DNA of 14,259 bases from Candidatus Bipolaricaulia bacterium (GCA_046758705.1 JBHIAT010000089.1:1-14259); one strand, 5' to 3'; counted from the first letter of the stretch, positions 1-8,570 are shown. Notes: generated from the sequence alone by a model not told the origin. Numbers and translations: made by a program.

Positions 1-1
1 G

Positions 2-1387
2 GAGGCCGAAGCCGAACGCAACCAAGCCGAGCAGCAAGCCCAGGCAGCGGTTGCCGCCCAGAAGGAAGCGGGGCAGGCCAGGGAGGAGACGGTTGAGGCG
101 CTGAGGATAGCCGAAGAACAACGGATGGAAGCGGAGCAGGCGAGGGAGGCAGCAGAAGCGGCCCGAGCGAAAGCCGAAGCCGAACGCAACCAAGCCGAAC
201 GTTTGGCCCTGGAGGCTCTGGCATCAAGGTCGCGGGGGGTGGCTGCAGCTGCGATCGACAATTTAAATACAGACCCTGAGCTTAGCGTTTTGTTGGCACT
301 GTACGCGGTATCACTAACCTACTCTTTCAACAAAACCGTGACAACTGAGGCGGAAAATGTTCTATACCAGGCGGTGCAGGCTTCGAGAATAAGACTCATC
401 CTGTTCGGCCACACTGATAAGGTCCGGAGTGTGACGTTCAGTCCGGATGGGACGCGTCTGACCACTGCCAGTCGAGATGGGACAGCGAAAGTGTGGGACG
501 CCTTTTCTGGTCAGGAGTTACTCACCCTGTTCGGTCACACCAATCGGGTTCGGAGCGTGGCGTTCAGTCCGGATGGGACGCGCTTGGCCACCGCCAGCTG
601 GGATGGAACGGTGAAAGTGTGGGACGCCACGTCCGGCAAGGAATTGCTTACCTTGCCGGGCCACACCGGTGGGGCCAATGGGGTGGCGTTCAGCCCGGAT
701 GGGGCGCGCTTGGCCACTGCCGCCAGCGGGAACGAAGATGAGACAGCGAAAGTGAAGGTGTGGGACAGTTTATCTGGTCAGGAGTTGTTCACCTTGTCGG
801 GTCACGAAGATAGGATCAATGGGGTGGCGTTCAGCCCGGATGGGACGCGCTTGGTCACCGCCAGCTGGGATAAGACAGCGAAAGTGTGGGACAGTTTATC
901 TGGTCAGGAGCTGTTCACCTTGTCGGGTCACGAAGATAGGATCAATGGGGTGGCGTTCAGCCCGGATGGGACACGCCTGGCCACCGCCAGCTGGGATAAG
1001 ACAGCGAAAGTGTGGGACGCTACGTCCGGCGATGAGTTACTCACGCTGTCCGGCCACAACAATGCGGTCTGGGGCGTGGCGTTCAGCCCGGATGGGACGC
1101 GCCTGGCCACCGCCAGCGAGGATAAGACAGCGAAAGTGTGGGACGCGGTATCTGGCCAGGAGTTGTTCACCCTCTCCGACCATACCGATGGTGTCCCGGG
1201 CGTGGCGTTTAGCCCGGATGGGACACGTCTGGCCACTGCCAGCGTGGATGGGACGGTGTACGTATATGTTCTGAATCTGAATATTGAAGACCTGATGGCG
1301 CTGGCGCGGACACGCGTTACCCGCTCATTGACGTCCTCGGAGTGCCAGAAGTATCTGCATCAGGAGCAATGCCCACCCACGCCCTAG
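2..1387 (+). CDS. WD40-repeat (7-blade beta-propeller) protein with N-terminal Ala/Glu/Gln-rich coiled coil; 5'-truncated by window edge, likely the C-terminal part of a large STAND NTPase/signalling protein
   Basis: The frame of ORF 125..1387 stays open back to position 2 (EAEAERNQAEQQAQAAVAAQKEAGQ...). There are seven GH...FSPDG..LATAS.D.T.KVWD-type repeats, starting at 407, 533, 659, 800, 926, 1052 and 1178. The DPELSVLLAL linker and the C-terminal ARTRVTRSLTSSECQKYL cap resemble bacterial NTPase-WD40 proteins. The NTPase part is inferred, not seen. Confidence 0.92.
   Translation, partial: EAEAERNQAEQQAQAAVAAQKEAGQAREETVEALRIAEEQRMEAEQAREAAEAARAKAEAERNQAERLALEALASRSRGVAAAAIDNLNTDPELSVLLALYAVSLTYSFNKTVTTEAENVLYQAVQASRIRLILFGHTDKVRSVTFSPDGTRLTTASRDGTAKVWDAFSGQELLTLFGHTNRVRSVAFSPDGTRLATASWDGTVKVWDATSGKELLTLPGHTGGANGVAFSPDGARLATAASGNEDETAKVKVWDSLSGQELFTLSGHEDRINGVAFSPDGTRLVTASWDKTAKVWDSLSGQELFTLSGHEDRINGVAFSPDGTRLATASWDKTAKVWDATSGDELLTLSGHNNAVWGVAFSPDGTRLATASEDKTAKVWDAVSGQELFTLSDHTDGVPGVAFSPDGTRLATASVDGTVYVYVLNLNIEDLMALARTRVTRSLTSSECQKYLHQEQCPPTP
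407..1270 (+). repeat. Coding tandem repeat, 126-bp unit x7 (WD40 blades; third unit 141 bp)
   Basis: The GH/DH codons are spaced 126, 126, 141, 126, 126 and 126 nt apart. Segments 758..883 and 884..1009 differ at only 4 of 126 positions by my count. Confidence 0.93.
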
Positions 1388-1408
1388 CTTTCCGCGGGGC
1401 TCACCGCT

Positions 1409-3220
1409 TCACAACACTCGATCCATGAAATCTACGAGAAGCTTATACCAGCGGATCTTGTGTTCGATGTCCATGCTGCCGTGGCCGATGTCGCTGAATT
1501 CGACGTATTCAAAATCTTTACCCTCTTGATAGCCTAGCTGCAGAAGCTTATCACGAAAGATTTGGGACTGCTCCACTGGGCAGCGCGGGTCATTCACGCC
1601 GTGAATGATCTGGAGCTTGGCTTTCAGGCGATCGGCAAAATTGAGCGCGCTGCGCTCCTCCCAAAGCTGAGCGTTCTCGTCGGGATCTCCCATCTGCAAG
1701 CGGAAATAGTATTTGAAGTGCTCCATCGAAGCGTCGTAGAGCTTTCTCAGATGCGTGACCCCGACCCAAGCTGACGCCGCCTTCCAAAGGTCCGGCTTTT
1801 TGACGGCTTGCATGAAGGTCATATAGCCGCCGAAGCTGCCTCCGCATACGGCCAAGCGCTTTGGGTTCACATAGGGCAAGCTTTTTAGATACTCGGCCCC
1901 TTGAGCGACATCTTCGAGGTCGCTGCCGCCCCAATCGAAGCGGTTCAGATCCCTGAACTTGACGCCGTAGCCGGTGCTGCCCCGAATGTTGGGCTCCAGC
2001 ACGACGTAGCCCCGGTCTGCTAAAAACTGCGCATACGGATCGAAGCCTTGGAACCACTGGCCCGTGGGACCGCCATGCACGATCACGATCGCCGGGAGCT
2101 TTTCGCTCTTGGGAATCTCACGGGGTTTGTAGAGCAACGCCGGGATGTTTAGACCGTCGAACGAGCGATACCAAATATGCTCGCAATCAACGAAGACGCT
2201 GGGATCGATCGAGCCGTACTCTGCAGACAACAGCGTCTCGTAGCCGTCCGTCTCTAAATCATAGAACAGCAGTTCAGTCCGGCGAGTCGGCGTGTTGAAC
2301 AGCATGGTCAAGCCGTTATCGTCATGCGCGAAGTCCGAGCCCATCGCTATGCCGGTGGGCAACTTTAAATCACGTCGCTGGCCCGTGTTTACGTCATAGA
2401 GCACCGGCCAAATTCGGGAATCTTGATTGCGCAAACAGACGAGATACCGACCTTTCTCAGAGAACTTGACCGCTGTTTCGTCAACGTCCTCCTCACCCAG
2501 CCAGCGCACTTCACCGCTTTTGAGATCAAGCAGACCCGGTCTATTCACTCCACTGACATCGGACGTAACCGCTAACAAGTGCCCGTCGGGGCTCCAGTCG
2601 GCCACGCGGTCTTGAGAGCCCTCTTTAACGCAAAGCACGCGCCGAGGCTCGCGGCCATCGGAACGTAGCACGTAAACATCGAAATTGTTGAGATCCGGTG
2701 TCTCATTGACAATGTAAGCGATGGATTCTCCATCGGGACTCCAGATACCCCCGCCGAAGACGGGATTCTTGTAATCCGTCAGCTGCACATATTCAGAGCC
2801 GTCGAGCCGCATCTTAAAAAGATTCAACTGACCGTGCTTGTTGGTGAGCACCGTGAGCCATTTTTTGTCGGGACTCACTTCAGCAGGGTATTCTTGACAG
2901 TTGGGATCGTCGGTGAGCTGTTTAACTTTTCCGGTGTTTACGTCGATCTGATAGAGATCGTGCTGCTCGTTGCCGTCCTTGTCCTTGGCGAAGATGATCG
3001 TCTGATCGTCGCGGTCCCAGACGAAGCCGGCCCGCAGCGATCGGGGCACCTCGCCATGGCTGAGCTGTCGGAGCTTTCGGTCTTGAAGGTCCATCACATA
3101 AAGCTCAATGCGCCCGGTCTTGTCCCAGTAGAAGGCGACCTTGTCGCGCCCCCACGAGAGTTCGGGCATATAGAGACTCGGCAGTTTGGCCAGCTCTTCT
3201 AACGGAATCCTATTTGCCAT
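1409..3220 (-). CDS. S9 family (prolyl oligopeptidase clan, acylaminoacyl/dipeptidyl peptidase-like) serine peptidase, ~603 aa
   Basis: N-terminal TolB-like propeller repeats (WSPDG), followed by VHGGP, NIRGSTGYG, nucleophile GGSFGG, acid HGVNDPRC and His GHGS. Start placed at ATG 3220 (MANRIPLEEL) because AGAGGA lies just upstream. The track's TTG at 3271 coincides with a likely -35 box. Confidence 0.93.
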   Translation of the reverse strand: MANRIPLEELAKLPSLYMPELSWGRDKVAFYWDKTGRIELYVMDLQDRKLRQLSHGEVPRSLRAGFVWDRDDQTIIFAKDKDGNEQHDLYQIDVNTGKVKQLTDDPNCQEYPAEVSPDKKWLTVLTNKHGQLNLFKMRLDGSEYVQLTDYKNPVFGGGIWSPDGESIAYIVNETPDLNNFDVYVLRSDGREPRRVLCVKEGSQDRVADWSPDGHLLAVTSDVSGVNRPGLLDLKSGEVRWLGEEDVDETAVKFSEKGRYLVCLRNQDSRIWPVLYDVNTGQRRDLKLPTGIAMGSDFAHDDNGLTMLFNTPTRRTELLFYDLETDGYETLLSAEYGSIDPSVFVDCEHIWYRSFDGLNIPALLYKPREIPKSEKLPAIVIVHGGPTGQWFQGFDPYAQFLADRGYVVLEPNIRGSTGYGVKFRDLNRFDWGGSDLEDVAQGAEYLKSLPYVNPKRLAVCGGSFGGYMTFMQAVKKPDLWKAASAWVGVTHLRKLYDASMEHFKYYFRLQMGDPDENAQLWEERSALNFADRLKAKLQIIHGVNDPRCPVEQSQIFRDKLLQLGYQEGKDFEYVEFSDIGHGSMDIEHKIRWYKLLVDFMDRVL

Positions 3221-3242
3221 GTTTTTTTCATCCTCTCTATTA

Positions 3243-3271
3243 AAATTAACTGTCACAACCGTTTTGTGCAA
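3243..3271 (-). promoter_or_regulatory. Putative sigma70-type promoter for the S9 peptidase
   Basis: The minus strand reads TTGCAC-17 nt-TAATTT in an AT-rich patch about 22 nt upstream of the ATG. Confidence 0.45.
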
Positions 3272-3299
3272 AGATACCCAGGCGTGCCGCTATGCTGCA

Positions 3300-3880
3300 T
3301 CACGGGCAAGCACACTCCGCCGCATCCGGATTTCCGAGCATCAGATGTCCGCACCGCTTGCAAACGACCTTCGTTTCTCTCCCGTTGACTGTGACTTTAC
3401 AAAGCTCGCTCTTCAACAGCGCGGCAACTTCCTTACACAGCTGAGCAGCATGTTCTCCAAACCGAGCACGATGCCGTACTTCTCCGCCACTGGCAGAAGC
3501 TCATTCAAGGAGTTGCGCAACAGGTCCAACATACGCGAAAAGTCGTCGGGATTCGCAGGCCCACCTGGGTGGATGACGGCCACACTGGCACCAGCCAATG
3601 CCGCACGCTGAAACACAAGCTTGTGAATCTCCACGGCCCATCGCCTCTGCCTGTCGTTCAGATTCGACAGGTTATACTCCCCTCCAAAAGGCGCGTACAC
3701 CGACCAGAGCCTGCCCCCACCGTCTCGCAACCGCTGTCCAATCTGCTCGACAACTCGTTCCGGAAGCTCGATGAACGGTGGGTAGTCACTCTCAATCGCT
3801 GTTACACCTTGCCCCTTCAACCTCTCAACGACTTCGTCCGGCTGCTCGAGTCCGCTTTCCACGACAACAGCAATCTCCAT
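3300..3880 (-). pseudogene. Sugar phosphate isomerase/epimerase (xylose isomerase-like / AP endonuclease 2 TIM barrel), internally deleted and frameshifted
   Basis: 3880..3446 encodes the N-terminal half of the barrel (SVYAPF, AALAGASVAVIHPG, SLNELLPVAEKYGIVLGLENM). The expected D-x-G-H, H-x-x-D and GxGxI motifs are absent, and the frame stops at 3413. Another frame (3443..3300) gives a 47-aa protein-like tail ending in TGA. Confidence 0.75.
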
Positions 3881-3892
3881 GAAGTTGCTTCC

Positions 3893-5833
3893 TCACAGGG
3901 TCTTCATCCACACGGTCATCTCCCCCGCTCCCCGATTGTTCCAAGTATAGTAGGGGATGGCCGTTAACGCAACTGGCTGAGTCTTCGCGGAGGAGGCAGG
4001 GCGATAAAGTGCCCCTTCCCAGTCGGATTGGTCCCGTTTTCGAGCTTCCCCCTGGATCACACAGATCCCGTTCAGCAGATCCGGTTTGAAAACCGCCTCA
4101 ACCGGGGTATCTATCGGCAGTTCGATCGCATGCACGAACGCATCGTGATCCACACCCTCCAAACAATAGACCAACGGCCCACGCCGGAGCGCCACATGGC
4201 CGATGTCGTTTGTAACAGCCGGGTGGGCCTCCAACCACTGGATCTCCATAGGCAGGGACAGCGTGATGGTATCGCCGTCGTTCCACGCTCGATCGATCTG
4301 AAGATAGCTTCCCGGCTGAATGGACGCTGCCATACGTTCCTGGTTGACCATCGCCTGAGTGCGTTCACACCATCCCGGGATGCGGAGATAGATACTGAAC
4401 GTCTCCGGGCGTTGGATCTGGACGCCGATGTTCACCTGTCCATCCCAGGGATAACGGGTCCGTTGCGTGAGCGTGACTTCCATGCCAGCCGGCGTGGTGG
4501 TACGGGCGGATCCACCCACATACAGGTGAATCCAGAGGCCGTCGTCCGATCGTCCGTAGATATAGGTCCCCAGTGAAGCCACGAGTCGGGCGATGTTGGG
4601 TGGGCAACAGGCACAGTTGAACCAGCCCTGTCGGGATCGATCCCCATTTGAGCGGAGCGGGTTGACATAGAAATAGCGCTTCCCGTCGAGCGACACGCCT
4701 GACAGGAATCCGTTGTACAGCGCCAACTCCATGACATCGGTGAACCGCGCCTCACCATCGAGCATCAGCATTCGATGGTTCCAGAAGATGCTGCCGATGG
4801 CGGCGCAGGTCTCTGCATAGGCCATTGTGTTGGGCAGATGGTAATCCTTCGTAAATCCTTCGTTGTGGCTTGACGGGCCAATGCCGCCGGTGACATACAT
4901 TCGCCTGAGCGTCAGGCTCGCCCAGAGCCGTTCCAACGCGCTCCGAAGCGCTTGCTCACCGGTCTCTGCAGCCATATCGGCCATTCCACAGTAAAGATAC
5001 ATCGCCCGGACCGCATGGCCGACCACCTCATCCTGCTCGCGAACTGGCTTGTGATCCTGGGTGTATCGACCGTTGTACTGACCATTCCTGAGAAAATGTC
5101 TTCGGTTGGCCTCGATGTGGCCGCCTGTATTCGGGTCTTCGATCTCCCGTTCGAAAACCGACGGCCGGCGTCCCCGTTGATCGATGAAAAATTGGGCCAG
5201 GTTCAGATAGCGCGCTTCACCGGTAACCCGGTAGAGATCGACAAGGGCCAGTTCGATCTCCTCATGTCCAGGCATCCCGTCCCGCTTGCCGGGACCGAAG
5301 ATCCGGTCGATGTGATTGGCAAATTTGCAGGCAATCTCAAGGAGCGTCCGTTTGCCCGTTCCCAAATAGTGCGCTGTGGCGGCCTGGAACAAGTGCCCTG
5401 CACAGTAGAGTTCGTGCATGATTCCCAGGTTGGTCCACTTCTTATCCGGTTCGTTCAACTGGAAGTAGGTGTTGAGATAGCCGTCCGACTGCTGGGCTGC
5501 CCCCACCTTTTCGATCAGCTCGTCCACCTTGCGATCGAGTTCGGCATCCGGGCGAGTCGCCAGGGCATGGGAAGCAGCTTCCAACCACTTGTAGAAATCC
5601 GAATCGTTGAAGAAAAGCCCTTCAAAGTCCTCGGTCGCCCGTCCGGCGGCCTTATCGAAGTTAGCGATCCGACCGGTCTTTTCACACTGCTCGAGCTGAT
5701 GGTCGAGGGTGACTTCGCGGTTCACCTGGATTCGGGGGCCCCAGAACGAATCGTCGATGGTCACGTCCCGCAGCGGGAGGGGCTGAATCCGCCGATAACG
5801 ACCGTGTTGCTGGTTCGATTTCAACACAGGCAT
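3893..5833 (-). CDS. Glycoside hydrolase family 127 (beta-L-arabinofuranosidase-like), 646 aa
   Basis: Motifs DSDFYKWLEA, HELYCAGH, GHEEIELAL, GHAVRAMY, YAETCAAIG and CACCPPN (Cys/Zn catalytic centre of GH127), plus C-terminal IPYYTWNNRG. GGAGG RBS upstream. No signal peptide evident. Confidence 0.95.
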   Translation of the reverse strand: MPVLKSNQQHGRYRRIQPLPLRDVTIDDSFWGPRIQVNREVTLDHQLEQCEKTGRIANFDKAAGRATEDFEGLFFNDSDFYKWLEAASHALATRPDAELDRKVDELIEKVGAAQQSDGYLNTYFQLNEPDKKWTNLGIMHELYCAGHLFQAATAHYLGTGKRTLLEIACKFANHIDRIFGPGKRDGMPGHEEIELALVDLYRVTGEARYLNLAQFFIDQRGRRPSVFEREIEDPNTGGHIEANRRHFLRNGQYNGRYTQDHKPVREQDEVVGHAVRAMYLYCGMADMAAETGEQALRSALERLWASLTLRRMYVTGGIGPSSHNEGFTKDYHLPNTMAYAETCAAIGSIFWNHRMLMLDGEARFTDVMELALYNGFLSGVSLDGKRYFYVNPLRSNGDRSRQGWFNCACCPPNIARLVASLGTYIYGRSDDGLWIHLYVGGSARTTTPAGMEVTLTQRTRYPWDGQVNIGVQIQRPETFSIYLRIPGWCERTQAMVNQERMAASIQPGSYLQIDRAWNDGDTITLSLPMEIQWLEAHPAVTNDIGHVALRRGPLVYCLEGVDHDAFVHAIELPIDTPVEAVFKPDLLNGICVIQGEARKRDQSDWEGALYRPASSAKTQPVALTAIPYYTWNNRGAGEMTVWMKTL

Positions 5834-5857
5834 GCCTTGACCTCCATTCGATTTTCC

Positions 5858-6826
5858 TCAACGCCACAGGTCATTCAGAAATTTCACCTTTTCGATGGCC
5901 TGATGGGTGTCACCCCCTTCGTGATGGTTATAGTGCCAGATTTTGATCTCCTTGGGGCCGGCGAAGTGGTTGTAAGCAGCAAAGACGGTGGAAGGCGGAC
6001 AGACTTCATCCATCAGGCCCACGGAAAAGAGGGCCTGGGCGCGAGAGCGAGCGGCAAAGTTGACCCCATCAAAGTAAGACAGGGTGTTGAACACGGTATC
6101 GACTTTATCTCGATGCACCTGGCAGTATCTGGCGATCTCACTGTAAGGCGTTTCATCGGTGATCTCGGTGGCACGGCGATAGTGACACAAAAACGGCACG
6201 TCAGGCATGGTGAGGATGATGCTGGGCTCCAGTCCGCTGACGGCCAGTGCGACGCCGCCGCCTTGGCTTGCGCCGGTGACGGCGATGTGTTCTCCGTCGA
6301 TGTCGGGATGTGTCCGGGCCGCTTCCACAGTCCGCACCGCATCGGTGAACAGCCGACGGTAGTAGTAAGTTTTCGGGTTCAGGATACCTCGGGTCATAAA
6401 TCCGGGGTGGTGAGGATTGGAACCATCGGGTTCCAGATCGGGCGTGTCACCCTTCAACCAGGAACTGCCTTGGCCTCGGGTGTCCATGACCAGATGGGCA
6501 TAGCCAACGCTGCTCCACAGCAGCCAATCGGTGGGGAACCCTCGACCGCCACCGTAGCCGATGTACTCCACCACACAGGGCAAAGGGTCAGATCGCTGTC
6601 GGGGGAGTAACAACCATCCCTTGATGGGCTGACCGGCGTAGCCGTTGAAGCTGACGTCAAAGGTTTCCACCGTGCGCAGTCCGTAGTCCACCGGTTCAGA
6701 AACGGCGTTCAGGGGAAAACCTCGCGCCTCCGCCAGGGTCTGTCCCCAGAAGACATCGAAATCGGTCGGCTCGTTCCGGGGCGGCCGATAGATTTTCAGT
6801 TCCTCCAAAGGCATGTCGAAGAACAT
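5858..6826 (-). CDS. Acetylxylan esterase / cephalosporin-C deacetylase (carbohydrate esterase family 7), 322 aa
   Basis: N-terminal [10 protein letters not shown], then GYGGGRG, DTRGQG, nucleophile GASQGG, D(EVC)PPST and HEGG, all CE7 signatures. AAGGAG RBS upstream. Confidence 0.95.
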   Translation of the reverse strand: MFFDMPLEELKIYRPPRNEPTDFDVFWGQTLAEARGFPLNAVSEPVDYGLRTVETFDVSFNGYAGQPIKGWLLLPRQRSDPLPCVVEYIGYGGGRGFPTDWLLWSSVGYAHLVMDTRGQGSSWLKGDTPDLEPDGSNPHHPGFMTRGILNPKTYYYRRLFTDAVRTVEAARTHPDIDGEHIAVTGASQGGGVALAVSGLEPSIILTMPDVPFLCHYRRATEITDETPYSEIARYCQVHRDKVDTVFNTLSYFDGVNFAARSRAQALFSVGLMDEVCPPSTVFAAYNHFAGPKEIKIWHYNHHEGGDTHQAIEKVKFLNDLWR

Positions 6827-6857
6827 AGTTTATTCACTCCTTATAGCTGCTCTATCT

Positions 6858-7886
6858 CTACCATCGGGCGGTCGCCGTCCAACGAATGAAGCGGCCATAG
6901 TAATCGGCGTCGTAGAAAGGTGAAATCATGCGGCCTGGCGGGATGAGCTCGTCGATGTTTGCTCGATCTTCATCGGTGATCGTGACCTCCAACGCACCCA
7001 GGTTGTCCTCCAACTGTTCCATGGTGCGCGGCCCGATGATAGGGCTGGTGATCCCGGGCTGGTTTGCGCACCAGGCCAGGACAAACTGAGACAAGGTGCA
7101 ACCCTTGGCGTCGGCCAGCCTTTGCAGGCCTTCCACCACGTCAAAAACGCGCTCATGTACGCGGTTTCTCAGGACAGTGTTGTCTTCATAGATGGCATAA
7201 CGACTGCCAGGTGGCAACGGGTTATCGCGGCTGTATTTGCCGGTGAGCAAACCGCCGGCCAGTGGACTCCACGGAATAATTCCCAGGCCGTAGGTGTTTG
7301 CCATCGGCACCAGCTCCCGTTCGATGCGGCGATCGAGCAGATTGTAGGGCGGCTGTTCACAGACGAACCGGTTCAATCTCAATTCCTTGGACGCCCACAG
7401 CGACTCCACCACCTGCCAGGCGGCAAACGTGCTCGTGCCGATGTAGCGCACTTTGCCAGATCGAATCAGATCGTCCAGGGCCTGCAGCGTTTCGTCAATC
7501 GGGATGGATGGCTGGGGGCGATGAAGCTGATACAGATCGATGTAATCAGTGTTTAGACGGCGCAGACTGGCTTCGCACGCCTCAATGATGTGACGGCGAT
7601 GGTTGCCGGCGGCGTTGGGGTCGTCGTCGGCCATCGGGCCGTGCACTTTGGTGGCCAGGACGATTCGGTGTCGTTTGTCGTTGCGCTTCAGCGCTTCGCC
7701 GACGACCTCTTCATTGCGGCCGTGGCCGTAGACGTCGGCGGTGTCAAAAAAGTTGATGCCGACGTCGATCGCTCGATCGATGATGGCGTAGGAGTCCTCC
7801 GGACTGGTCCGGTTGCCGAACATCATACAGCCTAAACACAGCACACTGACTTGTACACCGGTGCGACCGAGTGAGCGGTATTCCAT
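6858..7886 (-). CDS. Aldo/keto reductase (aryl-alcohol dehydrogenase/Tas-like), 342 aa
   Basis: MEYRSLGRTG start, catalytic tetrad in DTADVY / ATK / YQLH, plus SGKVRYIGTS, WSPLAGGLLTGKY and PIIGPRTMEQL. AAGGAG RBS. Confidence 0.95.
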   Translation of the reverse strand: MEYRSLGRTGVQVSVLCLGCMMFGNRTSPEDSYAIIDRAIDVGINFFDTADVYGHGRNEEVVGEALKRNDKRHRIVLATKVHGPMADDDPNAAGNHRRHIIEACEASLRRLNTDYIDLYQLHRPQPSIPIDETLQALDDLIRSGKVRYIGTSTFAAWQVVESLWASKELRLNRFVCEQPPYNLLDRRIERELVPMANTYGLGIIPWSPLAGGLLTGKYSRDNPLPPGSRYAIYEDNTVLRNRVHERVFDVVEGLQRLADAKGCTLSQFVLAWCANQPGITSPIIGPRTMEQLEDNLGALEVTITDEDRANIDELIPPGRMISPFYDADYYGRFIRWTATARW

Positions 7887-7911
7887 AGCAGCGGCTCCTT
7901 CTGTTTTATAG

Positions 7912-7940
7912 ATTGTATTGAACTACATAGGAAAGAACAA
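7912..7940 (-). promoter_or_regulatory. Putative sigma70-type promoter for the AKR-CE7-GH127-TIM operon
   Basis: The minus strand reads TTGTTC (7940..7935)-17 nt-TACAAT (7917..7912). Confidence 0.55.
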
Positions 7941-7943
7941 AAG

Positions 7944-7972
7944 TTGCGTTCAAGAGTCTTTGAGTATATGGT
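7944..7972 (+). promoter_or_regulatory. Putative sigma70-type promoter for tag
   Basis: TTGCGT (7944..7949)-17 nt-TATGGT (7967..7972), followed by AAGGAGG before the GTG start. Confidence 0.45.
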
Positions 7973-8006
7973 GAGATAAAAAATTACAAGGAGGAAATCC
8001 AAGATC

Positions 8007-8570
8007 GTGAAAACTCGCTGTCCCTGGTCTGAAGCAAATGACAGCATGAGGGAGTACCATGATACGGAGTGGGGTGTTCAACTTCATGACGACCGCAAGT
8101 TATTTGAGTTCCTCATTTTGGACATCTTCCAGGCGGGTCTCAGTTGGACGATCATTCTCAATAAGCGCGAGAACTTCGATGAAGCTTTTGATGGCTTTGA
8201 TCCGAATAAAATTGCTCGATACGACGAAACGAAAGTTAATGAGCTGCTTTCAAACGCAGGGATAATTCGTAATCGCAGCAAAATCCTTGCAACGGTGAAT
8301 AACGCTAAAGCTTTTCTGGAGATACAACAGGAGTTTGGGAGCTTCGATCGTTATATCTGGCAGTTTGTGGGCTATAAACAGAAGAAAAATGCTTGGACGG
8401 TTGAGAAAGAGCTTCCTGCGTCGACTCAAGAGTCTGAAAATATGAGTAGAGATCTAAAGAGAAGGGGATTTGCATTTACAGGCCCAACCGTCTGTTACGC
8501 TTTTATGCAATCGACAGGTATGGTCAACGACCACATCGTGGATTGTTTTCGATACGACGAGGTCAGCTAA
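8007..8570 (+). CDS. tag: DNA-3-methyladenine glycosylase I
   Basis: RCPW, YHDTEWG, FQAGLSW, KRENF, IIRNRSKI, GPTVCYAFMQ and GMVNDH..DC (Zn ligands). GTG start with AAGGAGG RBS. Confidence 0.96.
   Translation: MKTRCPWSEANDSMREYHDTEWGVQLHDDRKLFEFLILDIFQAGLSWTIILNKRENFDEAFDGFDPNKIARYDETKVNELLSNAGIIRNRSKILATVNNAKAFLEIQQEFGSFDRYIWQFVGYKQKKNAWTVEKELPASTQESENMSRDLKRRGFAFTGPTVCYAFMQSTGMVNDHIVDCFRYDEVS

Noticed and set aside
407..1270. Regular direct repeats as a possible CRISPR array or DGR template/variable pair
   Set aside because: The units are 126-nt in-frame WD40 codons without unique spacers. No cas or reverse transcriptase gene is in view, and the differences between the closest pair are not adenine-specific.
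3221..3271. N-terminal extension of the S9 peptidase given by the ORF track
   Set aside because: The TTG start lacks an RBS and overlaps the promoter-like sequence. ATG 3220 has an RBS.
3186..3967. Plus-strand ORFs 3186..3611 and 3569..3967
   Set aside because: They are antisense to the TIM-barrel pseudogene and promoter region, with no RBS or motifs.
4952..6610. 552-aa plus-strand ORF
   Set aside because: It is antisense to GH127 and CE7, which share a frame. It has no recognisable motifs and is a typical shadow ORF of GC-rich genes.
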